Below are positions 29,485 to 42,330 of a stretch of DNA of 64,000 bases, in pieces. Positions within the stretch are counted from its first letter, which is position 1, and every line of letters begins with the position of its first letter. This stretch comes from Eledone cirrhosa (taxonomy: Eukaryota). Under the pieces are notes generated by a model. That model was not told the origin of the DNA and ran no database searches. It was given only the letters and a program-made list of their open reading frames with translations. The stretch covers positions 2,542,001-2,606,000 of the forward strand of contig OZ024758.1 in the NCBI GenBank assembly GCA_964016885.1, in the 5' to 3' direction. The position numbers were made by a program, and so were the translations under genes.

Positions 29485-30232
29485 ACAACACCACCGCCGC
29501 CCCCAACACACCACCACCGCCACCACCCCGCCCCCAACACACCACCACCGCCCCCAACACACCACCACCGCCGCCCCCAACACACCACCACCGCCGCCCC
29601 AACACACCACCACCGCCCCCAACACACCACCACCGTCGCCCCCAACACACCACCACCGCCGCCCCAACACACCACCACCGCCACCACCCCGCCCCCAACA
29701 CACCACCACCGCCGCCCCAACACACCACCACCACCGCCACCAACACACCACCACCGCCGCCCCAACACACCACCACCGCCCCCAACACACCACCACCGTC
29801 GCCCCAACACACCACCACCGCCACCACCCCGCCCCCAACACACCACCGCCGCCCCAACGCACCACCACCGCCCCCAACACACCACCACCGCCGCCCCAAC
29901 GCACCACCACCGCCCCCAACACACCACCACCGCCGCCCCAACACACCACCACCGCCCCCAACACACCACCACCGCCACCACCCCGCCCCCAACACACCAC
30001 CACCGCCGCCCCAACGCACCACCACCGCCCCCAACACACCACCACCGCCGCCCCAACACACCACCACCGCCCCCAACACACCACCACCGCCACCACCCCG
30101 CCCCCAACACACCACCGCCCCCAACACACCACCACCGCCGCCCCAACACACCACCACCGCCGCCCCCAACACACCACCACCGCCGCCCCAACACACCACC
30201 ACCGCCACCCCAACACACCACCACCGCCACCC
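29485..30232. repeat. C/A-rich minisatellite with a roughly 20-30-bp unit
   Basis: ccccaacacaccaccaccg(ccg) repeated. Confidence 0.95.
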
Positions 30233-30466
30233 TATCACCACACAGCTACGGTGGCCTGCTGTGTCTCATTAATGATATTACTGTTATTACTGTTGCAGCT
30301 GTTGTTAATGATGATGGTGATGGTGGTGAGGAGGAGGAGGAGGAGGTCGATGGGTAAAGATGATGACGACGATGATGATGGTGGTGGTGGTGGTGGTGGT
30401 GGTGGTAGCTTTGAGGATGATGACAGTAACTACATCGGTATGGCATTGATGACGATGCTGCTGCCG

Positions 30467-30678
30467 ATGATGTTGATGATGATGGCGATGATGTTGATGA
30501 TAAGGTTAATGATGATGATGATGGCGATGATGTTGATGATAAGGTTAATGATGATGATGATGATGATGTTGATGATAAGGTTAATGATGATGATGATGAT
30601 GATGTTGATGATAAGGTTAATGATGATGATGATGATGATGTTGATGATAAGGTTAATGATGATGATGATGGCGATGAT
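30467..30678. repeat. GAT-rich tandem repeat, unit about 39 bp
   Basis: gatgttgatgataaggttaatgatgatg... repeated 5 times. Confidence 0.9.
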
Positions 30679-31547
30679 ATCGATCCCAATTAGGATGATG
30701 GTGGTGAGTACGTTATACCTGTTGCTGTGTCTGCTAGTAGTGACTATATGAGAGAGAGAGAGAGAGAGGGGGAGGGAGGGAGGGGGGTGATAGAGAGAGG
30801 GAGAGAGACGAAGAAAGACAGAGAGAGAAAGAGAGAGAGAGAGGGTGATAGATAGAGAGAGGAAGAAAGAGAGAGAGAGAGAGAGAGATAATATACTTGC
30901 ACTCTGTAGTGTAACCCAGCAACAAAGATTTGCTTTCACTTGCTCTCATCTTTCTCCTCCTCTTACTATCCTCCTTCTTCTTCTTCTTCTTCTTCTTCTC
31001 CTCCTCCTCCTCATGCTCAGTCATTATATAGACCTGCCTCTATCCCACTATACACCCTCTACTAGATCTCCCACCACAACACACCACCACCCCACATAAA
31101 CACAAATATAAAAGATATCAATAAAACCTTTGATTGTATCTCGTAAGATATTGATGACAATTGACAATCATTTGTGAACAAAATAAACAATCTATGAAGC
31201 CACTAGTTGACTGATGGCTTCTTTTTCGTGATGGTCACGGTTGGATTAAGTTTAGGGTTGGATTTGAACTAGGAATCTGCCTATCACCAGCATGGTTAGT
31301 AAAGCCCGTATTTCCTAGTCCACTGACATATGTACAATAGTTTACTAAACTGTTGTATATTTTATGTGTATGGCGTCTCTGGGTTAATTATCCTTTAAGC
31401 TTTCCTTCATTAAGTACCCTCGGGTCTCGAATAATCTCCCCCCCCCCCTTCGGCTTATTAATTTTTCAAATTTTTTCCATCACACCCCGCTCGTATTCTA
31501 ACTCAATTATTGAATAGTGTTCAATCTTGCACATTCACCACTTCGCC

Positions 31548-32255
31548 GATGTAGTCTAAATAACACTGCTGTACTCTAAACCAGGGGTTCTCAACCTGGC
31601 CCATGTGGACCACTAGTGGTCCACACGAAAATTCCGGTGGTCCACAGAAAATTTTCAATAGCAAATTCTTTTTTGATCCATGCATTTGACTTAAAGCGCT
31701 GTTCTTATTCTTCGGATAAGTACGACTTCAGCTGTTTATTTGCGTAGATTTTTAGGCACTGCAACTTGATAATAGCATTTTCTAATTCATTGAAAAAAAA
31801 CATCTACTGATGCTTATAAGTAGCAGTTCTATTACAAAAGATTTAAAAGTTTAGGTGGTCCACAGGAAAAAATTACTTATTTTGGTGGTCCACAGCGAAA
31901 AAAAGGTTGAGAACCCCTGGTCTAAATAACACTGATGATGTCTAAATAACACTGCTGAAGTCTAAATAGCACTGCGGATGTCTAAATAACACTGCCGTAG
32001 TCTAAATAACACAGCTGATGTAGTCTAAATAACATTGCTGATGTCTAAATAACACTGCTGATGTCTAAATAACACTGCTGTAGTCTAAATAGCATTGTTG
32101 GTGTCTAAATAACACTGCCGATGTCTAAATAACACTGCCGATGTATAAATAACACTGCTGATGTCTAAATAACACTGTTGTAGTCTAAATAACACTAATG
32201 TAGTCTAAATAACACTGCTATAGTCTAAATAACACTGCTGATGAGGTCTAAATAA
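31548..32255. repeat. About 20-bp minisatellite gtctaaataacactgctgat
   Basis: More than 15 tandem copies, interrupted by the hAT MITE. Confidence 0.95.
31582..31919. mobile_element. hAT (Charlie-like) MITE inserted in a minisatellite
   Basis: Perfect TIR CAGGGGTTCTCAACCT; 8-bp flanks ctctaaac/gtctaaat; internal gtggtccac repeats. Confidence 0.9.
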
Positions 32256-32867
32256 AACTGAAATAATATCTAGAGTTATCTCCTGAAGTTGCCGAATTAT
32301 CAAAATGATATTTCTAGTTAGTTTATTTATTGTTGTCAAATATGTTAACACTAATTATATTACAGCTGATATTAACTCATGTCAACATCGAATCAACTCT
32401 TCTTTTCACAAAACTGACCAATCAAAGAAGCTACTCAAGCAAATACGACAATAATAACAAGAACAACAACATCAACAGTAAAATACAAAAAACAAAAACA
32501 AAAACAAAAACAAAACAAAAATTGCCAAAACTAATGACTTTACTAATGAACCAACTTTGCTAGCTAATTACAAATTGCCCACGAACGAAACACATAAACA
32601 TACACTCATATGTAGACCCGTACACATAAACATACACACACAAGCTAATATACTCACGCGTGCACACATATATAGAGGCCCAGATACATACACATTCAGA
32701 AAGAAATAAGTTAATGATGGGAACTTGAAGAATGAGGCTTGACCAGATAAATATCTGCCGTTCATCGTCTTAGAAAGTTACATACATATTGGATAATGTA
32801 GTCTGAAAAAATTGTTAAGAAAAAAACGAAATTGTCACGCCTGGAATGGTATGAAGTTGTATCGTAT

Positions 32868-32931
32868 ACATACATAATACATACAAACATATATATATAT
32901 ATATATATACATACATACATAATACATACAA

Positions 32932-32976
<45 letters not shown>

Positions 32977-32994
32977 CATACATAATACATACAA

Positions 32995-33047
<53 letters not shown>

Positions 33048-33360
33048 CATAATACATACAAACACATATATATATATACATACATAATACATACAAACAT
33101 ATATATATACATACATAATACATACAAACATATATATATATATACATACATACATAATACATACAAACATATATATATATATACATACATACATAATACA
33201 TACAAACATATATATATATATACATACATACATAATACATACAAACATATATATATATACATACATAATACATACAAACATATATATATATACATACATA
33301 ATACATACAAACATATATATATATACATACATAATACATACAAACATATATATATATATA
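32868..33360. repeat. Higher-order microsatellite (acatacataatacatacaaac + (at)n)
   Basis: Direct inspection. Confidence 0.9.
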
Positions 33361-33369
33361 CATACATAA

Positions 33370-33400
<31 letters not shown>

Positions 33401-33456
33401 CATACATATATATATATATATATATACATACATATATATATATATATACATACATA

Positions 33457-33496
<40 letters not shown>

Positions 33497-33756
33497 CATA
33501 CATATATATATATATATACATACATATATGTATATATATATATATATATAAATACATAAATACATACATACATAAATATATATGCATGCATACGTAGATA
33601 TATACATACATACATATATATATGTATACATACGTAGATATATACATACATAAATATATACATATATACATACATAAAAACATAAATACATCATATCTAT
33701 ATACATACGTACATACATACATACTTACTTACATACATAAAAACTTACATATTTAT

Positions 33757-34023
33757 GGGTGATGCGTTGTTTCCTTGAGCAAGACACTTTATTTCACGTT
33801 GCTCCAGTTTACTCAGCTGTAGAAATGAGTTGTGATGTCACTGTTGCTGAGCTGTATCAGCCATAGCTTTTCCCTTGGATCATCGGTGGCTTGGAGAGGG
33901 GAGACTGGTATGGGCGACTGCTGGTCTTCCACAAACAACCTTGCCCGGACTTGGGCCTCGGAGGGAAACCTTCTAGGTGCAAATCCCATGGTCATTTGTG
34001 ACCTAAGGGGCCTTTACCTTTTA
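33757..34023 (+). mobile_element. SINE B, 5'-truncated
   Basis: Core ccttgagcaagacactttatttcacgttgctccag and a (ccttta)n tail. Confidence 0.85.
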
Positions 34024-34192
34024 TTCAACTGTTGGCGTAGATATATCATTGTTAGTGCTAGTGTTGTATAGGTACAGTTCAATTCTACGACATTCTAACC
34101 GTGACAATCTCATCTGTTCATACCTAGCTTATCTGGATATATTATCTAAAATCTCTTTTATTTCCTTCTGAAGACTCTAAATTTTGGTGATA

Positions 34193-34639
34193 GTAAAGAC
34201 ACCCTTCGGTCACGAGTGACCATGGTTTTGCACCTAGAAAGTTTCCCCTCCGAGGCCCAAGTCCGGGCAAGGTTGTTTGAGGAAGACCAGCATTCACCCA
34301 TCCATACCAGTCTCCCCTCTCCACACCACCAATGATGTCCAAGAGAAAGGCAATGGCCGATACAGCTTGATACCAGTGACATCACAACTTATTTCTACAG
34401 CTGAGTAAACTGGAGCAATGTGAAATAAAGTGTCTTGCTCAAGGACACAACGCATCACTCGGTCCGAGAATCGAACTCACAACCTTCCAATTGCAATCCA
34501 AATGCTCTAGCCTAGTCATCTCAAATTGAGGGTCTCCTGAGGACCACGTGTATCACATAAGTGTTATATGAGAGCCGCATATGACAAGTAATTGCGATTG
34601 TCAGCCCAATGCTTTAACCACTAAACCATGCACCTTCAC
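34193..34639 (-). mobile_element. SINE B with interrupted head, inverted relative to 33757-34023
   Basis: Reverse complement of the same body; the head piece resumes at about 34591-34639. Confidence 0.8.
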
Positions 34640-35012
34640 TGTGATGATGATATTAATAATGGTGTTGGTAAAAAGAGTAGCTGTGATGGAGGTGGTTAAA
34701 ACTATATGTCACAATATCAAATATATGGAAGCCTCTACAGGTTATTGCGTGTAGATGCATTCTCTCTTCTTAAAATTGGGCTGGGAAAACATATATTATT
34801 CACATATTTACTCAGGATTGGTAATATAATTAAGATTTCCTTGATTATATTACCACCAATATAATCAAAATAGAAACAAAACTCAAGAGGTTAGTGTTTA
34901 AATCGTAAATATATGCGAACAACATGGCCGTCCCTTTCACATATAAATGTAAATTCTAGTTTGTTCAATGTGTCATGCAACAATATGCGAAGTTGATTCC
35001 AAGTGCATCAGA

Positions 35013-35196
35013 GACGGATTGGCAGTATCGGTAGAGGGCCGGACACCATGCTTTCCAACATAGTTACGTCCCTTTACGATCTGAGTTCAAATCCCGCCGA
35101 GGTTGACTTTGCCTTTCATCCTTACGGGGTCGATAAACTAAAGTACCAGTAATGCACTGGGTAATTGCTGGCCTTGTGCCTAAGTAGAAACAATTA
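35013..35196 (+). mobile_element. SINE A, near full length
   Basis: A-box-like tggcagtatcgg, B-box gagttcaaatccc, conserved body and tail. Confidence 0.9.
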
Positions 35197-35548
35197 TTAA
35201 GTAAAACAGTTCATTCATCTGAAATGGGATTTAGAGAAATGTCAAAGTTGATAGCTATTTCGAGTTGTTCTAAGATGTATTTTAGTTTCAGCTTCTGGTC
35301 TGATGCTTATGACCTAATTCTATATCACTTATAGTCCAAGAGAACCTTCTAGGTAAGATAAGGAATGGTCTATTTTAATTCCAAATCTTGTGAGACACAA
35401 ATACTCATAACTCATACACATAGTATCTCTGTATAAGTGTATCTTGACGGTTTGTATACACACACACACACACACATATATATAGCATTAACCTAATATA
35501 TTCCTTCCATATACTGTACCGATTGTGTTGTTATTTCTATTTACCTTT

Positions 35549-35616
<68 letters not shown>

Positions 35617-35816
35617 CATACACACACACACACACACGAACACACACACGCATATATATATATATATACGCACACAAACACATCTACGCATATGCACTCG
35701 TATTTTTTGTACACATAATAAATAAACTAAATGTCGTGGCACTAAACTTAGCTCAATCGCAGTGATAGGATGTTTCTTCTTCTTCTCCTTCACAAAACTA
35801 AACTCTTCTACATAAT

Positions 35817-36005
35817 AATTGTTTCTACTTTTGGCACAAGGCCAGCAATTTTCCCAGTGTATTACTGGTACTTTATTTTATCGACCCCGTAAGGATGAAA
35901 GGGAAAGTTAACCCCGGCGAGATTTGTACTCGGATCATAAAGGGCCGTAACTCTATGCTGCAGGGCATGGCTGACTCTCTACTGATACTGCCACTCCAAC
36001 GCCCA
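35817..36005 (-). mobile_element. SINE A, full length, with 10-bp TSD
   Basis: tctacataat at 35807-35816 and 36006-36015. Confidence 0.9.
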
Positions 36006-36818
36006 TCTACATAATGGTAATAATTGTTAGAAAAGAAAAAAATCCCCAAACCCTCCTTCAGAGATATTTACTGAGCGAAACAGATAATTAATTTCATACT
36101 TAATATTCTCTTTGTATTTTCTCATTATTAGTGGTCTTGTTGGGTATAATAAGTCTGAACTGAACACAGTAGACGAAGTATTCACTATTTGACAGATGCA
36201 AATATATCAGGTTGAATACAACGATATCTGAGATTGGGGAACTTTAGGTTCAACGAAGTTGGTTAATTCATTTATTATTGACGAATAATTACAAGAATAT
36301 ATTTTATTTTTAATTCATCGAAAATAATTAAAATTCAAGATCCGTTGCATTACGTTCCTTGGCGACAATAACCATAGCAACGTAAGTTGGATCTCAGATT
36401 TCTTTCGCAAAATTTCGAAAACCAGCAATTTACTACTATTAATGCAGCTTTTGTCTTATTTCTTTCGGTTCTGAGCATGAAAATCTAGCTTTTGTCTCTT
36501 CGGTCTATGGCTCCTGATAAGAATAAACCCAGAGATTGCAATGGTGCCAAAAATACCCTTGGTAAATTGCAATTGCATTTTGCTTATTTTATAGTTGCTC
36601 AGTGATCCATATTTGCTTATAGCACTCACTATATATTTGTTGATATATCTCGTTGATATGATAAACTGTGTTGCTGTGGTGTTTGATCTGATGTGTGAAG
36701 ATACTACTTCACTAGACAGACATCAAAGTTTCATTAAGGTTCTTTCACAAACACAAACAGATATTTCTTGTATTAGAGAAGGAAAATATACACAAAGCAA
36801 ATCCTACGAGAGAATATC

Positions 36819-36864
<46 letters not shown>

Positions 36865-37175
36865 TTATTTTTATATTTATTTATATATTTATTTATATAT
36901 TTGTTTATTTATTTATATATTGATTTTTATATTTATTTGTTGGTTTATTTAGATATTGGGATTATTTACAGAACATTTAAGATTCTAACCATGTTTTTCA
37001 GTTTTACCAGAACCACGTATTGCTTTGCATGAGAAATATCTCTACTAAATAAAGAGGATTCTATTTCACTTTCGATGGCGCGTATAGTTTATTTTGATGC
37101 TTAAAACCATTCACCACAACCACCACCACCACCACCACCACTACCACCACCAAAAACAACAACAACCCCACCACC

Positions 37176-37270
37176 ACCTCGGCGGGATTTGAACTCAGAC
37201 CATAAAGGGCCATAACTCTTTGCTGAAAAGTATGGCATCAGACCCTCTACCGATACTACCAATCCATCGC
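37176..37270 (-). mobile_element. SINE A 5' half
   Basis: Reverse complement of the head through the B-box. Confidence 0.75.
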
Positions 37271-38179
37271 TAAAGGGTTAAAATTTTGACTTAATTGAAT
37301 AAAGAACCGTTGAGAGATTTCAGTTCAGTTGGTTGAGGTGCTGTTCTTAGAAATTCTGTTTTGCTATCATTACTGTAGAGTTACACTTTCCAATGACCGA
37401 AGAAGAGGTTCAGCAACTTTAATGGTTTAAGAAATGAATACAGCCATTAATATAACAGATATATACATTTATAGACAGTAATAGTAACAGTCATAATAAA
37501 TATCAGTTAAATTACCAGTCTAACGATTCCATTATAAAAGGCAGATGAGTGTGCAAAGCAAATCTTTTCTTTTTAATATACTTTACGGATCAGAACAATT
37601 CTCTTTTATCTTTTGAAAAAGTAATAAGATTATCTTATTTTCACTGAAAATTTTGCTAAGATTTATTATTCATTTTAGAAACATTTGAAAGTCAGGTTCA
37701 AGTAGCAGCTGAAAGATGTATATAGATTTAAAAACTGTTAAAATACATCGAAAGCTGTGGAAATAAAATGAAGAATAAATTAGAAGTTGAAGTATTTGAC
37801 GTTTATTTAAGAATGAAAGTTTCCTCAATAAAAGCGATTATATAAATCAGAAATGATTCTCTTTTATTGCTAATGATCAACGAGTACTTAGTTAGACAGC
37901 GGCAGGCTGCATATCAATTTTTCTCCGGCCACTGTGGATCCACTGTTGACACTTTCGGCCTTCATCTACTATCATGCCACTACAGGGCCGTCTATCTCTC
38001 ACACCATACCACTTTTATCTAATCTAATCTTATCTGGCCGAGTTTACACTCGCAAATAAGTAGAACCAGGGCCACCCATAGGAGCATTGGATTTGATGTA
38101 CTTCATATTTGTTTCGGTTGATGAATACAAAAGGGTCGCTGCTTCTCCTGAAGGTTAATAGTTCTCTTCTAACTCGAGG

Positions 38180-38500
38180 GGGAGCGCCTTTCCATTGTCG
38201 ATTTGCATTAACCATCTGCGAAGCTGTATTGTTCTCAGAACCACTACTCCAGTCTTACGATGCGTGCAGCTGGAACTACTGCAACCCATGATGCCACTTT
38301 TAACAAGATCATTAAACATGGCTAGAACACGACAGGCTTCTCTTTCCAGCTCAAGCCGGCAGTGCTGGCTCAAGAGGATGGCAGAAGTCCAGTGGGCATG
38401 ACAATCCTCCTGTTCCGCAGTTGTAAGTCCCTCATGTGGGACGCAACATGCAGTGATATCTTCTCTAGCGGAAATCTGGTTCATTCAGCAACAGACCAAA
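38180..38500 (+). pseudogene. Decayed CRE-like non-LTR retrotransposon, zinc knuckle / restriction-like endonuclease region
   Basis: One frame reads HDATFNKIIKHG*NTTGFSFQLKPAVLAQEDGRSPVGMTILLFRSCKSLMWDATCSD, resembling the RH--LN-II...DG-RPDG-T...L-WD-TC motif. Confidence 0.7.
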
Positions 38501-38644
38501 TTTTCCTTGTCCTACAAGCCCAAGTATCGGCCACTCTCGGATAGTTTTGTCGTCGATATTTAGCCTATTTAATGGCCACCAGTAAGTCATTGGTAACTTT
38601 ATATATATTAGAGTCTTACTCTTTTATGCTATTAACCAGTCACC

Positions 38645-39003
38645 ATTACGGCGGAAAATTGGCAGAGTCGTTAGATCGTCGGATAGAATGCTTTATGGTA
38701 TTCCTTCCAGCTCTCTGCTCTCAGAGTTGAAATCCCGCCGAGTTCAACTTTGCCTTTCATTCTTACGGGGTCGTACAATAAAGTACCAGTAATACACTGG
38801 TTAATTGCTGGCCTTGTGCCAAAAGTAGAAACAATATTATGACAATATGACCCTCTTCGCCCACTTATTTCTGAGAGGGTCCTCTCAGAAGCAACCATCT
38901 CCAATTGATCCAGGCTGGATTACCAAGCAAGACCAGCCAAGCTCATGGATGTACCAGTAATGCACTGCGTAATTGCTGGCCTTGTGCCAAAAGTAGAAAC
39001 AGT
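38645..39003 (+). mobile_element. Composite SINE A insertion (SINE + 110-bp unrelated segment + second SINE 3' end) with 15-bp TSD
   Basis: tattaaccagtcacc at 38630-38644 and 39004-39018. Confidence 0.8.
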
Positions 39004-39018
39004 TATTAACCAGTCACC

Positions 39019-39095
39019 TCTCGTTCTCGGAGTATCTCGGAATATCTAATGAAGGCTTTGTTGTTGCTCTCGACATCAGCTAAGCTTGTGGAACA
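39019..39095 (+). pseudogene. LINE reverse transcriptase remnant interrupted by the composite SINE
   Basis: Translates as EGFVVALDIS*A, compared with the ALDISKAFD motif. Confidence 0.45.
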
Positions 39096-39391
39096 CGTTA
39101 ATATCCAGGCTAAATTCTCCAGCAGTAGGTTTCGTCCTTTTCTTATCTCTTGTAAAGACGGGTCCCTATGAAATTATATGGTCATGATGTGTGGTAATAG
39201 CAACCCCCCCCTCCCAGCCACTCATACTCATAATTTGAGGATAGACCAAATGTTTCGTACACTATAGGTAAAAAGAAAAATCGACACAACCACGGCCTCT
39301 CTTTGTTTATTTGTTTCTTTGTTGCTTGTTTGTTTGTTTCTTTCTTTCCTTCTTTCTTTCTATCTTTGTTTGTTTCTTTCTTGCTTTCCCC

Positions 39392-39521
<130 letters not shown>

Positions 39522-39635
39522 CTCTCTCTCTCCCTCTCTCTATCGTGCATAAACTCTTACCATCTCATTTCTACAGGCATTTACACTACATATACTACAG
39601 CTTGAATAATAACATAGCGATATATTTCCCCCGAT

Positions 39636-39803
39636 GATCATTCTTTACTTACAAGGGAACATAGGGTGAAAATAATTGTCTCTTTTCTTAAAACAGCTGC
39701 TACATATTCCTATGTTGGCAATTTTCTCTGTATTAAGGATAATCACAGACAAACATTAACTTTATTACTATTTCACTTCTCACTAAATCTCGTCTTTCTC
39801 CCA

Positions 39804-39851
<48 letters not shown>

Positions 39852-40130
39852 CATGTCAACCTATACAGCTTCGTATACAAATGAGGGTAATCAGCCCATT
39901 TACACAGGCGAAAAAACTATATATTTTCGCCTGTTTCAAAGTCCAGAGGTAGCGAGAGGGAAGCATTATCCTGATGTTAGAATTGTATAGAGAATTACCG
40001 TCGCCCCTACTTTTGCAAGACTACGCTCGGCGGCGCTGCCGTCAGTCTTCTATTAATAGCTGAGTCTGTCAAAATGTTTATTTATTAAACATACCGTATA
40101 GCTAAAGATATACGAAATTCACATATACTT

Positions 40131-40161
<31 letters not shown>

Positions 40162-40216
40162 CATACATACACACACACACATATACATACATACATACAT
40201 ACATACATACATACAT

Positions 40217-40264
<48 letters not shown>

Positions 40265-40501
40265 ACGAGATTTGGAGAGAAGTGAAATAGTAATAAAGTT
40301 AATGTTTGTCTGTGATTATCCTTAATACAGAGAAGATTCAAAATTAAAAAACGACTTTTGGAATGTAACGTTGTTGCATGGCAAATACGAAGAATATTTG
40401 AAAATTATTCCCAAAATGTCAACATAGGAATATGTAGCAGCTGTTTTAAGAGAAGAGACAATTATTTTCACTCTATATTCCTTTGTAAATAAAGAATGAT
40501 C
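39636..40501. repeat. Inverted duplication (39636-39797 vs 40261-40501), with about 85 extra bp in the right arm
   Basis: Reverse-complement match; the inner ends abut (TA)n. Confidence 0.85.
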
Positions 40502-40604
40502 GTAATGAGATATAAAACTCTTAGGACTTATATCATTACTATAAAAATAACAACAATGAAATATAAATATTAATAATAATAATAATATATATATATAAAC
40601 ATAT

Positions 40605-40652
<48 letters not shown>

Positions 40653-40658
<6 letters not shown>

Positions 40659-40753
40659 TTCTACAGGACTAGAACTGTTTCATTCTTTAGAAATCATCAG
40701 GATTTTTGATGATTTCTAAAGAATGAAACAGTTCTAGTCCTGTAGAATCTCAT
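40653..40753. repeat. Perfect palindrome with 47-bp arms and a 7-nt spacer, carrying hammerhead core remnants (family H5)
   Basis: 40653-40699 is the reverse complement of 40707-40753. Arms read (C/U)UGAUGA-UUUCUAAAGAAU-GAAAC-AGUUCUA-GUC. The downstream tail at about 40767-40831 recurs inverted at about 47521-47585. Confidence 0.85.
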
Positions 40754-40832
40754 CTATATTAAAACTTTTATACTCTGCTATGTATTGAGTACCTTACTTA
40801 CTGTGGTTACCTCCGATTCAACCCGGAATAAC

Positions 40833-40890
<58 letters not shown>

Positions 40891-41081
40891 ATAAACAAAA
40901 GATATTTGCTCTAGATCATCTCTATTTATTTTATTATATATATATATACAGATGCGAGAAAAAACCCACAAACCTCCATCTGAATTCTACTTTTGAAAAA
41001 AAACAGCGTGAAACCGGTAAAAGAAACAAATAAATATTCTTAAAAAGACACCAGTTGCATTTTCGATTTCACCTTTTTTTT

Positions 41082-41159
<78 letters not shown>

Positions 41160-41832
41160 CCACCTAATTATGTACGTGTCAATATTTTACATTTGAGAAA
41201 GTTATATCTGAAGATAAAATACATGCATCGTGTGGTTGAACTGAAGAATTGTTTGTATAAATAAGCATAAATACATGTGTGATATTAGTAATTATGTTTA
41301 TTATTCATTTGTTACTGCTTTACCGAAGGATTTGTTCCTACTTTACCGAAGGTTATATTTTAGAGCCTGGGAGATGATTTTCTAGATAACCTTGAAAGTC
41401 GTGATATAATGCAAGACTGACTAGAAGCCATACAGATTCAAATTTACTAAAATTAACATTTCGTTTTAAGAATGATATTTATTTTCTTCATATAATATGT
41501 TGCCTAGAATAACTTGAAATCACGATATAATAGTAAATCATGATAAAATTATTATAAGAACATTTGTCGCTTCCTGGCTACAAAGTTGTTTATCTGTAAA
41601 ACTCTAAGCTCAATTAAAAAAATAAATTTAACATGTAGCCAGCTGCAAAGAGCAAAGGATAATCTCTTATAGAATGGAATCCAATATGAATTTCTATTTC
41701 TGATTAAAACCAATTTTATTCTCTTAAGTTGTAAATGTTGTTGGGAAATATAAAACGTCATGTTTTCCCAACTCTTATAAAATATAGTTTCTGTGTGTCA
41801 GGAATGGCCGTGAGGGTAACAAGTTCGCTTCA

Positions 41833-42330
41833 TAATTGTTTCTACTTTTGGCACAAAGCCAGCAATTACCCCAGTGCATTACTGGTACTTTATTTTATCG
41901 ACCCAGTATGAAAGGCAAAGTTAACGTCGGCGGTGTTTGAACTCAGATCATATAGGGCCGTAACTCTATGCTGCAAAGCATGATGTCCGGCCCTCTACCG
42001 ATACTGCCAATCTACCACCCCCTTCACTTCACAATTAACATGATTTCAGGTTAGATCTTATTGTTTACCTAATTGGGAAAATACTTTCTGCAATAGCTTC
42101 CGGAAGGATGAAAGACAAAGCTAACTTCGGCGGGATTTGAACTGAGAACGTAAATGGACGTAACTATATGCTGCAAAGCATGCTCCCCTATATATTCTGA
42201 GTTCAAATTCCGCTGAAGTTAGCTTCGCCTTTTATTCTTACGGAGTAGATAAAATAAAGTACCAGTAATGTACTGAGGTGGATGTAATTGACTAGCTCCG
42301 CCCCTTGAAATTGCTGGCCTTGTGCCTAAT
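41833..42330. mobile_element. Nested SINE A cluster (41833-42022 -, about 42103-42185 -, about 42195-42330 +) inside an older tRNA-SINE head
   Basis: Family A sequence; imperfect TSD ttcgcttcataatt / ttcacttcacaatt. Confidence 0.8.

Noticed and set aside
29187-30751. Pro/His/Thr-rich or Gly/Trp/Val-rich ORFs resembling structural proteins
   Set aside because: The minisatellite has unit lengths that are not multiples of three, it is open in several frames, and it is flanked by microsatellites.
31920-32255. CRISPR-like regularly repeated 20-mers
   Set aside because: There are no unique spacers and no cas genes, and the context is eukaryotic; it is a plain minisatellite.
32235-32275. CTGATGA...GAAA at the end of the minisatellite (similar chance hits at about 43030-43056, 53820-53855 and 61948-61985)
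   Set aside because: Stem I pairing is absent or the core is broken, which is compatible with chance.
35013-35100. tRNA gene candidates at SINE heads
   Set aside because: A and B boxes are present but there is no cloverleaf, and they are always fused to the SINE body.
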